Counted from the stretch's first letter, positions 37,154 to 46,909 are shown. The stretch is 64,000 nt of DNA from an uncultured Bacilli bacterium (GCA_944332435.1 CALVJW010000003.1:1022-65021), one strand, 5' to 3'. Notes: generated by a model from the sequence alone, not told the origin. A program made the numbers and translations.

Positions 37154-39736
37154 ATGATAGAGTTAAAACATGTAAGTAAAACTTACAAATCTAAAAAAGG
37201 AACGAATACCAAAGCAATTGATGATGTTACTCTAACACTGGATCATAAAGGAATGACTTTTATATTAGGTAAAAGTGGGAGTGGGAAGTCAACTTTATTA
37301 AATGTTTTAGGTGGATTAGATAAGTATGACAGTGGAGATATTACTATCTTAGGAAAAAGTACAAAAAAATTTAAGAAAAAAGATTATGATTCTTACCGTA
37401 ATACTTATATTGGATTTGTATTTCAAGAATTCAATATTTTAGAAGATTATAATGTATATGACAATATTATCTTAGCTTTAGAATTACAACAGAAGAAAGT
37501 AGAGCAAGAAAGAGTAGAGGAGTTACTCAAAAAATTAGAATTAAATGATTTACGTACTCGTAAAGTAAATGAATTATCAGGGGGGCAAAAACAAAGAGTC
37601 GCAATCGCAAGGGCACTTGTAAAAGATCCAAAAATTATCTTAGCGGATGAACCAACGGGAAATTTAGATAGTACAACTAGTAGACAAGTGATGGATTTAT
37701 TAAAAGAAATTAGTAAAGAAAAATTAGTAGCAGTTGTATCTCATGATGTAGAGAGTGCTAATACGTATGCAGATCGTATTATTGAAATATCTGATGGTAA
37801 GATTGTAAGAGATGAAAAACGAATAGAAGAAGTAGAGCATGAAAAAAATAATGATCAATATCAACTAATTAAATCTAAATTACCATGGAAAAAAAGTTTT
37901 AAACTTGGAATTGGTAGTTTAAGACATAAAAAAATTAAATTATTTTTTACCATTTTACTTACAGTCTTTGCTTTATTATTTTTAAGTATTTCTGATACTT
38001 TATCAAGTTATGATGTAGAAAAAGCACACTCGAAATTATTAAAAGAAGAAAATATAAAGTATGTCGAAATACAAAAATATCAAATTTATAAAGAAGAGTG
38101 GATAGGAAGAGACCAACTTATATTAAGTGAAGATGATGAAAATAAAATAAGAAAAGAAGTAAATGAAGTGATTCCTGTTTATTATGTTAATAAAGATTAT
38201 AGTCCTTATGGATTAACGGATTTATTGCAAATATCAGAAGTGGATAACTATGATTTTCCTTATTATAGTGCGATAACAACAGCCCAAGCTGAAGTTGTTG
38301 AATTTGAAAATATTAAAGATATTTTAGATGAAACGATTATTGGAAAAGAACCATCTAATTATAATGAAATTATGATTTCTAATTACGTAGCAGATATCAT
38401 GATGGAAAATGGAATTCAAATCTATGATAATAGTGATAAAATTTTAGCTAGTAAAACATATTTTCCAAAAAGCTATGAAGAGATAGTAAATTCTAATCAT
38501 GAATTTTATTTCGGAACAAAACAAAGAGTAAAAATTGTTGGAATTATTAATTACAATTTAAAACCATACAAAGACCTTAGAGATAAGAAAAAAATAAGTG
38601 CGAGAAAGATGAATATCTTATCTTCTGAAATTAGTCGTAATGTTCGATATGTTTATAATAAAATTTATGTGAAAAAAGGATTTATCAAGCATTTACAAAC
38701 TGAAGATATTAGCTTATTGAATCAAAATAATAATTATTTTTTAGAATCAAAAGAAATATTATTGCAAAAAGATGGATATTATATTTTACCAAATATACTA
38801 AACAAAGAAGTAGAATATTATGATGGAAAACAGTGGAAGAAAGTAAGTCATTTAAATAAGAATGAAATGTTATTAAATGTAACACAATTAAAGAATTTCC
38901 AAATAGAAAATTATCAAAAACAATTAGATGAATATTTAAAACAATACCCAGAAGAAGATGACGAAAATTTAAAAAAGGAATTTTTTGAACATTACTTTAA
39001 TGGAACAGATATTATTGGAAAATTAGTTAATTTGAATGTTTATGAAGGAAGAAGTTATGATCCTGATAGTAAACCAAATACATCTTATCAAAATATTAAA
39101 GTAATTGGAGTTATACCATATGAAGAAGCAAAATCTCCAGATAATTATTTTTCTAATGAATTAGTAGATAAATATAGGGTGAATCCAACAGAGTTAAAAG
39201 GATTATTAGTAAAAGATAAAAATCATGATGGATTTAAAGAGTTATTAAATAAATTCCCACATGATAATATGATAACTGCTGTAAGTCCATTTACCGATAA
39301 TCTCTTAGCTTTAGTATCTACAATTGGGGTATTTAAAAAAATTGCTTTCTATACTAGTTTAGTGTTCTTTATTTTTGCTATTTTCTTAATTAGTAATTTT
39401 ATTTTTACTAGTATTCATTATCGTAAGAAAGAAATTGGTATTTTAAGAGCACTAGGAGCTAAAACATTTGATGTTATTAAAATTTTCTTATGGGAAGGTT
39501 TTGTTCTATCTATTTTATCAGGAACGATTGCCTCTATTTTATTAGTAGTGATTACCAATACATTAAATGATTTTATTATTTCTCGTACAGGTATTATCCT
39601 AACACCATTTATTATTGGCATCAGACAATTTATATTAATTTATTTTGTAGTATTGATTGTAGTACTTATTTCTAGTATTTTACCAATTAGAAAAACATCA
39701 AAAATGAAACCAATTGATGCGATATTAAATAAATAA
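37154..39736 (+). CDS. fused ABC transporter ATP-binding protein / FtsX-family permease (MacB-like)
   Basis: Walker A GKSGSGKST, signature LSGGQKQR, Walker B ILADEPT. The C-terminal FtsX-type 4-TM domain has the KEIGILRALGA motif. Confidence 0.85.
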   Translation: MIELKHVSKTYKSKKGTNTKAIDDVTLTLDHKGMTFILGKSGSGKSTLLNVLGGLDKYDSGDITILGKSTKKFKKKDYDSYRNTYIGFVFQEFNILEDYNVYDNIILALELQQKKVEQERVEELLKKLELNDLRTRKVNELSGGQKQRVAIARALVKDPKIILADEPTGNLDSTTSRQVMDLLKEISKEKLVAVVSHDVESANTYADRIIEISDGKIVRDEKRIEEVEHEKNNDQYQLIKSKLPWKKSFKLGIGSLRHKKIKLFFTILLTVFALLFLSISDTLSSYDVEKAHSKLLKEENIKYVEIQKYQIYKEEWIGRDQLILSEDDENKIRKEVNEVIPVYYVNKDYSPYGLTDLLQISEVDNYDFPYYSAITTAQAEVVEFENIKDILDETIIGKEPSNYNEIMISNYVADIMMENGIQIYDNSDKILASKTYFPKSYEEIVNSNHEFYFGTKQRVKIVGIINYNLKPYKDLRDKKKISARKMNILSSEISRNVRYVYNKIYVKKGFIKHLQTEDISLLNQNNNYFLESKEILLQKDGYYILPNILNKEVEYYDGKQWKKVSHLNKNEMLLNVTQLKNFQIENYQKQLDEYLKQYPEEDDENLKKEFFEHYFNGTDIIGKLVNLNVYEGRSYDPDSKPNTSYQNIKVIGVIPYEEAKSPDNYFSNELVDKYRVNPTELKGLLVKDKNHDGFKELLNKFPHDNMITAVSPFTDNLLALVSTIGVFKKIAFYTSLVFFIFAIFLISNFIFTSIHYRKKEIGILRALGAKTFDVIKIFLWEGFVLSILSGTIASILLVVITNTLNDFIISRTGIILTPFIIGIRQFILIYFVVLIVVLISSILPIRKTSKMKPIDAILNK

Positions 39737-40013
39737 TTAAAAAGTGACTTGTAGTCACTTTCAGACTGTTGGCAACCCTCCTTGTTTGAAAAAATCTAAA
39801 AGTTGGATTTCCAAAAGTGGGAGAAGAATATTAAAACTTGAATGATTTTAGACTATAATTCCTAAAATTGTTCTTTTTTTATGTTAAAGTGGAAAATATA
39901 AAAGGCCGTTGACAAATCCGATTTGAAAATCGACTTTGTCAGCGACCTGAAATTAACATTTCTGTTAGTTTTTTTCTATTAGAAATGTTCTAATGAAAGA
40001 AGTAAAAAAATTT

Positions 40014-40847
40014 TTAATTTCTAAATAATACTAAAGTTTTTTCTTTCCCATATTTTTCATAATCTAGGTTAGATTTAGTTTCAATATATTTTTCAAATTC
40101 GACTTTTTCAAAATGAAGTATTTGGGATATAAATTGTTTATCATGTAAGAATTTTGTAAAACCATCGCTATATACTACTATTATATCACCGTCCGATAAT
40201 TCAAATTGTCCAGTTCTTATAAATTCTATAGCTGCTTCTTCTCCTGTAATAGCCCCATAAGATACACATTTATCATCTTTGATATTACTTAAATTGTTTC
40301 TGTAATCTCTTCTAACTATTACTCGAGCTTCTGGTAAGTTCCAAGCAATACCAATTTTATTAATATATGGATCACTGTATAATTTTTTATCATCTTCTGT
40401 TTGAAATTTAATATTTCCTAAATTATCATATACAATTATCCCACAATCACAAATATAAGCATAATTTAAAATATTATTTTTAATACTAACACACGAAGCA
40501 ACAGCACCATAATAATCATTTTCCAGATAATCACATTTTACAATATACTTATTATTTAATTCTTTAACATTTTCATTGCATTTAATCAATTTATCCATTA
40601 GTGAGCCATCAGTTTTGGAAAAAGTATCACATATCACTTTTGCTGCTAATTCAGCACCACTAGGTCTTGGATATTTTTTTAAAAATTCTTGGACAGAACA
40701 AGTTGATAAGTCACTAATTCCAATAGGATCTCTAGTTATTCCATCAGCAACAATTGCTTCATTTTCAGAAGCATAGAATTGATCTTCGATAGGGAAATTA
40801 CAATTAAGTGTTTTGGTATTATCGAACGTATTCTTATATACTAACAT
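40014..40847 (-). CDS. hypothetical protein, PP2C-like (PPM-type phosphatase fold) candidate
   Basis: Acidic metal-site-like motifs in PP2C order: AIVADGITRD near the N-terminus, GAVASCVSI, CDCGIIVYD, and VVYSDGFTKFL near the C-terminus. Motif-level call only. Confidence 0.4.
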   Translation of the reverse strand: MLVYKNTFDNTKTLNCNFPIEDQFYASENEAIVADGITRDPIGISDLSTCSVQEFLKKYPRPSGAELAAKVICDTFSKTDGSLMDKLIKCNENVKELNNKYIVKCDYLENDYYGAVASCVSIKNNILNYAYICDCGIIVYDNLGNIKFQTEDDKKLYSDPYINKIGIAWNLPEARVIVRRDYRNNLSNIKDDKCVSYGAITGEEAAIEFIRTGQFELSDGDIIVVYSDGFTKFLHDKQFISQILHFEKVEFEKYIETKSNLDYEKYGKEKTLVLFRN

Positions 40848-40979
40848 ATTTATTTCTCCTTTTTGAATAAATCATACAATTTTGTTTTTTAATGTTATAA
40901 CAATTTAATTGATATAATATTACTATAATTTTTTATATTTTAAAACTCGAAATATAAAATTTCGAGTTTTTCATCAATT

Positions 40980-40995
40980 TGGTGCGAGTGAAGGG
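40980..40995. repeat. distal att-type direct repeat (copy of the tRNA-Leu 3' end)
   Basis: tggtgcgagtgaaggg is identical to 43351-43366. Both copies are preceded by tcatcaa a few nt upstream. Confidence 0.75.
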
Positions 40996-41062
40996 TAATA
41001 TACCATTTTTTTACTTTTTTTGATTATTGGCTTTAAAAAGCTAAAATAGAAAGGATTGATTT

Positions 41063-41368
41063 ATGGCGGTAATAAGAGTTATAAAAAATGATAATTATTC
41101 AGTTATTAGTAATTATCATTTACAAGATAAAAATTTATCATACAAGGCAAAGGGCTTACTTAGTTATATGCTTAGTTTACCAGATAGTTGGAATTATAGT
41201 ATTAAAGGATTATCAGTACAATCTAAAGAAAGTGAAAAAACAATTAGAACAATTTTAAAAGAGTTAGAATTAAATGAATATTTAGTAATTGAAAAAAAAC
41301 AAAATGCTCAGGGTAGATTTATTTACGAGTATTTTGTATATGAAAAACCAGGTACCCAAAAACCATAG
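41063..41368 (+). CDS. helix-turn-helix protein, N-terminal part of a replication-initiator/DnaD-like element protein (probably truncated)
   Basis: MAVIRVIKNDNYSVISNYHLQDKNLSYKAKGLLSYMLSLPDSWNYSIKGL is the conserved N-terminus of Firmicute mobile-element HTH proteins. The ORF stops right after YEKPGTQKP, where full-length homologs continue. Confidence 0.6.
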   Translation: MAVIRVIKNDNYSVISNYHLQDKNLSYKAKGLLSYMLSLPDSWNYSIKGLSVQSKESEKTIRTILKELELNEYLVIEKKQNAQGRFIYEYFVYEKPGTQKP

Positions 41369-41458
41369 GTGGTTTTCTACCTATAATAAAATACTAATAT
41401 AACAAAATACTAATGTTATTTTATCATTTTATCGTTATATCAGTATTTAATTTATAAT

Positions 41459-41806
41459 ATGAGTCCTAAGGAAATTATAGATAGAAAAACTTTTATTAAG
41501 TATATCAATTTAATTGACTCTGAAAATATTAACAAATATTTATGTTGTATTGATTATTATACTAGCAATACTAGACATGATATTTATAAAATTAGTTCTT
41601 ATATTTTTTCTCATATGAAATTGAAAAAAATAACAAATATTTATAATTATTTTAATGTTTCAATGAAACAAAATATCGAAAAATTAGATTGTTATTCTAA
41701 TTGTAGAATAAATAAATTACCAACTTGGTATAATCAAGAAATAGAACAAGATTTAGCTAGTAAAGAAGAACAAGAAGAAATGGAGAAATTATTAAAAAAT
41801 GAGTAA
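41459..41806 (+). CDS. hypothetical protein (element-borne)
   Basis: 115-aa ORF with no recognised motif. It may be the decayed remainder of the upstream gene. Confidence 0.35.
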   Translation: MSPKEIIDRKTFIKYINLIDSENINKYLCCIDYYTSNTRHDIYKISSYIFSHMKLKKITNIYNYFNVSMKQNIEKLDCYSNCRINKLPTWYNQEIEQDLASKEEQEEMEKLLKNE

Positions 41807-42014
41807 TGAAGAATTAATTAAAATTAATAAAAAATTAATAAAAGAAAATACTAGATTAAAAAATAAAAATTGTCTTTATAGAGAAATAATTTTAAAGGCG
41901 AAAAATTATATTTATTTTCATTCTGAGCATATTATGGAACATTCATGGAAATTCACTGGCAACATTTATATTTTACATGATATATTAACGGAAATTAATG
42001 TCAAAAGAAAATAA
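41799..42014 (+). CDS. hypothetical small protein (element-borne)
   Basis: 71-aa ORF that overlaps the upstream stop by 8 nt. Confidence 0.3.
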   Translation: MSNEELIKINKKLIKENTRLKNKNCLYREIILKAKNYIYFHSEHIMEHSWKFTGNIYILHDILTEINVKRK

Positions 42015-42108
42015 GGAATTGGAATAACGGAGCAAATATCATTTATGATCATTTGCGAGTATATGCCGAGAAAATTATTTTCTTAAATAAACTTTATAAT
42101 TGTTTTTC

Positions 42109-42138
42109 AAAAAAGGCACTTTGAATTGTGCCTTTTTT
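42109..42138 (+). terminator. rho-independent terminator inside the element
   Basis: aaaaaaggcac-tttgaatt-gtgcctttttt. Confidence 0.65.
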
Positions 42139-42229
42139 GTTATTTTTGATAAAAAGATAAAATGATTTAATGATAGAATATTTTTTTTGATTACTTTTTT
42201 TGCAAAAAAGTTTTTTAAATCATATTTTT

Positions 42230-42269
42230 TTGCAAAAATATATATATACTCGTATATATATTTTTGCAA
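42230..42269. promoter_or_regulatory. long A+T inverted repeat overlapping the integrase promoter
   Basis: ttgcaaaaatatatatatac / gtatatatatttttgcaa, arms of 18-20 nt with one TA bulge. The right arm supplies a TTGCAA -35-like hexamer upstream of TATAAT at 42285-42290. Confidence 0.45.
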
Positions 42270-42343
42270 TATGATTTAAGAAGATATAATGTATTGTCAA
42301 AATGGTAAAAAAGTTGTATTTTATTCTCGGAAAGGAGGTTAGT

Positions 42344-43294
42344 ATGAATATAACAAATGCTATTTATGAATATCTTAATTATTTAAGTCTTAAATTAAAA
42401 AATAGTACTTATGACATTAATTCTAGAAAAATAAAAAAATATATATTACCTTATTTTAAAAATAAAAATATATATGATTTATCAACCAAAGATTATTTAG
42501 AATGGCAAATGTATATTAATGGCTTTGGATTTAGTTATAATTATAAAAGTTCTTTACATTATTGTTTTAGTGATTTTTTAAACTATTGTATGACATTTTA
42601 TGATTTACCAAATAATGTTGCGAAAAAAGTAGGTAATTTTAGAAATGATGACTTACAAACCACTGGAAATATTTGGACTTTAGAAGAATTTAATCGTTTC
42701 ATAGAAGTTGTAGATAATCCTATTTATCATGCTTTATTTAATTTTTTATTTTTTACAGGTGTGCGAAAAGGAGAAGCACTTGCTTTAACATTTAATGATA
42801 TTGATTTTGATAATCAAACTGTTAAAATTTATAAAACAATAACAAGATATTATAAAAATGGTAAAAAAATAATTACGTCGCCAAAAACTAAATCTTCTAA
42901 TAGAATTATTTGTATAGATAGTTCTTTATTAACAGAATTGAAATACTTAAAAATGTATTATGATTCTTTGTTTGAAGATTTTGATAATGATTTTTATGTG
43001 TTTGGTGGAACTGATTCTATTCCTTGGACTACTTTAAAGCGTGAAAAAGATTTTTATTGTTCTTTATCTGGAGTAAAACAAATAAAAATACATGAGTTTA
43101 GACATTCTCATGCATGTTTATTGTTTCAAAATAATATACCGATTGAAGATGTCAGTAGAAGATTAGGGCATTCGTCTTTATCTATGACAATGGATACATA
43201 CTTAAAATATTTGCCAGGTAATGAAAAAAGAGTTGTAGCAACTCTTAATGATTTAAGACTAATTAACAATCACCAAAAAAATAGTCTTAAATAA
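42344..43294 (+). CDS. tyrosine-type site-specific integrase
   Basis: SAM-like N-domain, ALFNFLFFTGVRKGEALAL, HEFRHSHACLL and LGHSSLSMTMDTYLKY (R-H-R-Y catalytic set). RBS ggaaaggagg precedes the ATG at 42344. Confidence 0.9.
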   Translation: MNITNAIYEYLNYLSLKLKNSTYDINSRKIKKYILPYFKNKNIYDLSTKDYLEWQMYINGFGFSYNYKSSLHYCFSDFLNYCMTFYDLPNNVAKKVGNFRNDDLQTTGNIWTLEEFNRFIEVVDNPIYHALFNFLFFTGVRKGEALALTFNDIDFDNQTVKIYKTITRYYKNGKKIITSPKTKSSNRIICIDSSLLTELKYLKMYYDSLFEDFDNDFYVFGGTDSIPWTTLKREKDFYCSLSGVKQIKIHEFRHSHACLLFQNNIPIEDVSRRLGHSSLSMTMDTYLKYLPGNEKRVVATLNDLRLINNHQKNSLK

Positions 43295-43350
43295 ATTTAT
43301 AATGATAAATACCTTTATTTTTCATTTTTACAGGTATCTCATCAACGAAA

Positions 43351-43436
43351 TGGTGCGAGTGAAGGGACTTGAACCCCCATGCCATAAGGCGCTAGATCCT
43401 AAGTCTAGTGCGTCTGCCAATTTCGCCACACTCGCA
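43351..43436 (-). tRNA. tRNA-Leu (anticodon TAG)
   Basis: The reverse complement folds with acceptor tgcgagt/actcgca, anticodon stem ctaga/tctag with loop ctTAGga, a long variable arm and CCA. Confidence 0.85.
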
Positions 43437-43441
43437 AGTAA

Positions 43442-43518
43442 TGGTGGACCTTGATGGACTCGAACCATCGACCGTCCGGTTATGAGCCGGATGCTCTAAC
43501 CAACTGAGCTAAAGGTCC
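43442..43518 (-). tRNA. tRNA with anticodon CAT (elongator Met, or Ile2 if lysidine-modified)
   Basis: The reverse complement ggacctttagctcagttggttagagca... has anticodon stem tccgg/ccgga with loop ctCATaa and CCA. The body resembles Firmicute tRNA-Ile(CAU), but identity cannot be fixed from sequence alone. Confidence 0.8.
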
Positions 43519-43637
43519 AATTTACATCTGCTCCTATATAATATCATATTACTTTAGGGAATGCAATATTAAAATAAATTTTTTTGTTCCAGAAACAGAT
43601 TTTTTTTAAATACATTATATATAATAGGGGTGATAGG

Positions 43638-44594
43638 ATGAATTTAATTGGAAATACACCGATGATTAAAATTATATATTTTGATCAAGGAGTGAAAAAA
43701 CATATTTATACGAAATTGGAATACTATAATATAACAGGAAGTATTAAAGATCGGATGGTAGAATATGTTCTACGAGAAGCAAAAAGAAAGGGTGAACTAA
43801 AAGAGCATATGCCAATTATTGAGGCAACGAGTGGCAATACGGGGATATCTTTGGCGGCACTAGGGTCTTATTATAAGCATCCAGTAATTATTTTTATGCC
43901 AGATTGGTGTAGTAAGGAACGGGTAGAGTTGATGAAAAGTTTTGGAGCCGAAGTTCATCTGATTTCGAAAGAAGAAGGTGGATTTAAAAGATGTATTAAG
44001 GAAGCAGATAAATTAGCACTTACACTTCATGGTTATCGAATGAATCAATTTTCTAATAACGATAATAAGATGGCCCATTATCAAAGCACAGCGTTAGAAA
44101 TTATTCAAAGTGTACCAGAGGTTTCTAGTTTTACATCAGGAATTGGAACTGGTGGGACACTAATGGGAATTGGAATGAAGTTAAAAGAATATAATCATAA
44201 TATTAAAGTAATCGCATTAGAACCTAGTAAAATGGCATTATTAAGTGGTAGTAAAACGTTAGAGCAACATAAAATTGAAGGGATTGGCGATGATTTTATT
44301 CCAGACTTAGTAGAAAAAGAAATCATTGATGATGTTTATCAAATAGATGATGAAGACGCAATTAATATGTCCCGTTTACTGGCTAGAAAATTAGGCCTTG
44401 GTGTTGGAATATCAAGTGGTGCCAACTTTTTATCAGCAATTTTAGCTAACCGTAATTATGATGGTGCTTGTGTAACTGTGTTTCCTGATGATAATAAAAA
44501 ATATTTATCAACTGAGTTAGTAGATGATGTTTGCAATAATCAAGCGTTTCTTTCTAATCGAATAGAATTATTAGATTATGAGATATTATTATAA
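43638..44594 (+). CDS. cysK: cysteine synthase A (O-acetylserine sulfhydrylase)
   Basis: IGNTPMIKI, PLP-lysine motif TGSIKDR, SGNTGISLA and GIGTGGTLMG. Confidence 0.9.
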   Translation: MNLIGNTPMIKIIYFDQGVKKHIYTKLEYYNITGSIKDRMVEYVLREAKRKGELKEHMPIIEATSGNTGISLAALGSYYKHPVIIFMPDWCSKERVELMKSFGAEVHLISKEEGGFKRCIKEADKLALTLHGYRMNQFSNNDNKMAHYQSTALEIIQSVPEVSSFTSGIGTGGTLMGIGMKLKEYNHNIKVIALEPSKMALLSGSKTLEQHKIEGIGDDFIPDLVEKEIIDDVYQIDDEDAINMSRLLARKLGLGVGISSGANFLSAILANRNYDGACVTVFPDDNKKYLSTELVDDVCNNQAFLSNRIELLDYEILL

Positions 44595-44668
44595 ATTATG
44601 GAGAATTATGGTAATACTTTAAAAAAGAAGACTAGATATGGTATAATAAGGAAGAAGTGAGGGATACT

Positions 44669-46060
44669 ATGAAAATATATAATACATTAACTAGAAGTGT
44701 GGAAGAATTTGTTCCGCATGAAGATGGTATTGTAAAAATGTATACATGTGGTCCAACTGTGTATAATTACGCACATATTGGGAATTTAAGAACTTATATT
44801 TCTGAAGATATTCTAGAAAAATCACTTGTATTATTAGGATATCAAGTCGATCGTGCGATGAATATTACCGATGTTGGTCATTTGGTAAGTGATGCGGATA
44901 GTGGAGACGATAAAATGGCTGTTGCAGCAGCACGTGAAAATAAATCTGTTTTAGAGATTGCTCGTTTTTATACGGATGCTTTTTTCCATGATTTAGAAAG
45001 ATTACAGATTAAAAAGCCAGATTATATTGAAAAAGCTACGGATCATATTCAAGATTACATTCAGATGATTGAAAAATTATTAGAAGATGGTTATGCGTAT
45101 ATTGCCAATGGCAATGTTTATTTTGATACCGAAAAATATGATCAATATTATGCATTATCTGGAAGAAATAAAGAAGAATTACTAGTAGGTGCTAGAGAAG
45201 ATGTAGAAGAAGATATTCATAAGCGAAATCAAGCTGATTTTGGATTATGGTTTACCAATTCTAAATTTATGAATCAAGAACTAAAATGGGATAGTCCTTG
45301 GGGAGTAGGTTATCCAGGATGGCATATTGAATGTTCTTGTATCTCAATGGCAACATTAGGAGAATACTTAGATATTCACTGTGGAGCGATTGATGCAATT
45401 TTTCCGCATCATACGAATGAAATTGCCCAATCAGAATGCTATTTAGGTCATAAATGGTGTAATTATTGGGTACATATGGAATTTTTGAATGATGCAACAG
45501 GAAAAATGAGTAAATCGAAAGGAGAATTTTTAACATTACAACGATTAATTGATAAAGGGTATGATCCTTTAGCATATCGTTTTATGTGCTTACAATCACA
45601 TTATCGTAAACAATTAACTTTTACATTTGATAGTTTAGATAATGCAAGTATTGCATATAAAAAATTAAAAGGGAAAACATTATCACTGGTAGATGATGGT
45701 AAAATAGAAGATGATTATGTTGTCTTATACTTAGATAAGTTTAAAGAAGCACTTGCTGATGATTTAAATACTTCACAAGCAATGACAATTTTATATGATG
45801 TATTAAAAGCAAATATCAGTGATAGCACTAAAAAATTATTGGTAAAAGAATTTGATATGGTACTTGGATTAAAGTTATTAGAAGATATTGAAATTAGTGA
45901 TGAACAGAAAAAAATGATTGAAGAAAAAATTGCAGAACGTAATCTTGCAAAACAGGCTAAAGATTATGCGAAAGCTGATCAAATTCGCGAAGAATTAAAA
46001 GAGCAAGGTATTTTAATTAAAGATACAAGAGAAGGAACAATTTTTGAGATAGTGAGGTAA
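44669..46060 (+). CDS. cysS: cysteine--tRNA ligase
   Basis: MKIYNTLTR, YTCGPTVYNYAHIGNLRTY (HIGH), GWHIECS, and GKMSKSKG (KMSKS). Confidence 0.93.
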   Translation: MKIYNTLTRSVEEFVPHEDGIVKMYTCGPTVYNYAHIGNLRTYISEDILEKSLVLLGYQVDRAMNITDVGHLVSDADSGDDKMAVAAARENKSVLEIARFYTDAFFHDLERLQIKKPDYIEKATDHIQDYIQMIEKLLEDGYAYIANGNVYFDTEKYDQYYALSGRNKEELLVGAREDVEEDIHKRNQADFGLWFTNSKFMNQELKWDSPWGVGYPGWHIECSCISMATLGEYLDIHCGAIDAIFPHHTNEIAQSECYLGHKWCNYWVHMEFLNDATGKMSKSKGEFLTLQRLIDKGYDPLAYRFMCLQSHYRKQLTFTFDSLDNASIAYKKLKGKTLSLVDDGKIEDDYVVLYLDKFKEALADDLNTSQAMTILYDVLKANISDSTKKLLVKEFDMVLGLKLLEDIEISDEQKKMIEEKIAERNLAKQAKDYAKADQIREELKEQGILIKDTREGTIFEIVR

Positions 46061-46063
46061 TCT

Positions 46064-46762
46064 ATGAATTTTATGACATGGTTTTATGAAACACCATTTA
46101 CGATTTTGTTAGCATTTATTGCGCTGATAATTGTATTAGCAGCACAAGCTAAAATTAATAAAGCATATCGTAAATATCAATTAGTTGAAAATAAAAAGAA
46201 ACTAAGTGGAGTAGAAGCTGCTAAAATGATATTAGAAGCGAATGGACTAGGTGATATATATGTGGTAGAGACAAGAGGAGAATTAACTGACCACTATGAT
46301 CCGACTAGAAAAGTGATTCGTCTTTCTAGAAAAATTTTTCATGGAACTTCCATTGCAGCAGTTTCGGTTGCTGCCCATGAAGTAGGACATGCGATTCAAG
46401 ATAAAGAAGGATACCTTTTTATGCGTATTCGTCATGCATTAATTCCTTTTGTGAACTTGATATCTTATTTAGGTTATTTTTCGTTAATTGTTTCCGTGTT
46501 TGCAGGAATTACTGGTTATATTTGGTTGAGTATTTTAATATTATGTGCAACATTAGTATTTCAACTTGTTACTTTACCAGTTGAATTTGATGCATCGAAA
46601 AGAGCATGTAATCAATTAGAAAAATTAAATATTGTTGATGAAACTGAACTTTCAAAATCAAAAGATATGTTAAAAGCAGCGGCACTCACTTATGTAGCAT
46701 CTTTAGCATCAACTATCATTAATATTTTAAGACTTTTAATAATGGCACGAGATAATGATTAA
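46064..46762 (+). CDS. zinc metallopeptidase, YugP-like (membrane)
   Basis: N-terminal TM segment, AAHEVGHAIQD (HExxH), and C-terminal TM segments. The layout fits the Zn-peptidase PF04298-type family. Confidence 0.8.
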   Translation: MNFMTWFYETPFTILLAFIALIIVLAAQAKINKAYRKYQLVENKKKLSGVEAAKMILEANGLGDIYVVETRGELTDHYDPTRKVIRLSRKIFHGTSIAAVSVAAHEVGHAIQDKEGYLFMRIRHALIPFVNLISYLGYFSLIVSVFAGITGYIWLSILILCATLVFQLVTLPVEFDASKRACNQLEKLNIVDETELSKSKDMLKAAALTYVASLASTIINILRLLIMARDND

Positions 46763-46810
46763 TCTTGTGTCTTTTTTCTTTTTTATCATAAAATATGGTA
46801 AGGAAGTGAA

Positions 46811-46909
46811 ATGATGGAAAAAGTACTTGCAATTTTAATTACTTTTTTGATGGGAGTATTCGCTTTTATTACCTTTTTTTTAGCCAATTACGTGAAAGAA
46901 AAAAAATAG
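46811..46909 (+). CDS. possible 32-aa hydrophobic micro-protein
   Basis: MMEKVLAILITFLMGVFAFITFFLANYVKEKK behind RBS aaggaagtg. It is not in the ORF track because it is under 60 aa. Confidence 0.25.
   Translation: MMEKVLAILITFLMGVFAFITFFLANYVKEKK

Larger units (their letters stand above)
40980..43366 (+). mobile_element. about 2.4-kb decayed integrative element inserted in the 3' end of tRNA-Leu(TAG)
   Basis: A 16-bp direct repeat bounds a tyrosine integrase, a truncated HTH replication-initiator-like gene and two small ORFs. Confidence 0.7.

Noticed and set aside
42075-42269. 64-aa minus-strand ORF inside the tRNA-Leu element
   Set aside because: It spans a terminator and the A+T palindrome cluster, and its translation is K/F/I-rich low complexity. 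It is more likely non-coding regulatory DNA.
43519-44668. Looked for T-box or other riboswitch leaders upstream of cysK, cysS and gltX
   Set aside because: The leaders are short (about 120 nt, about 75 nt and about 50 nt). I saw no specifier-loop/T-box (AGGGTGGNACCGCG-like) sequence or terminator/antiterminator pair. The hairpin before gltX looks like a plain tRNA terminator.
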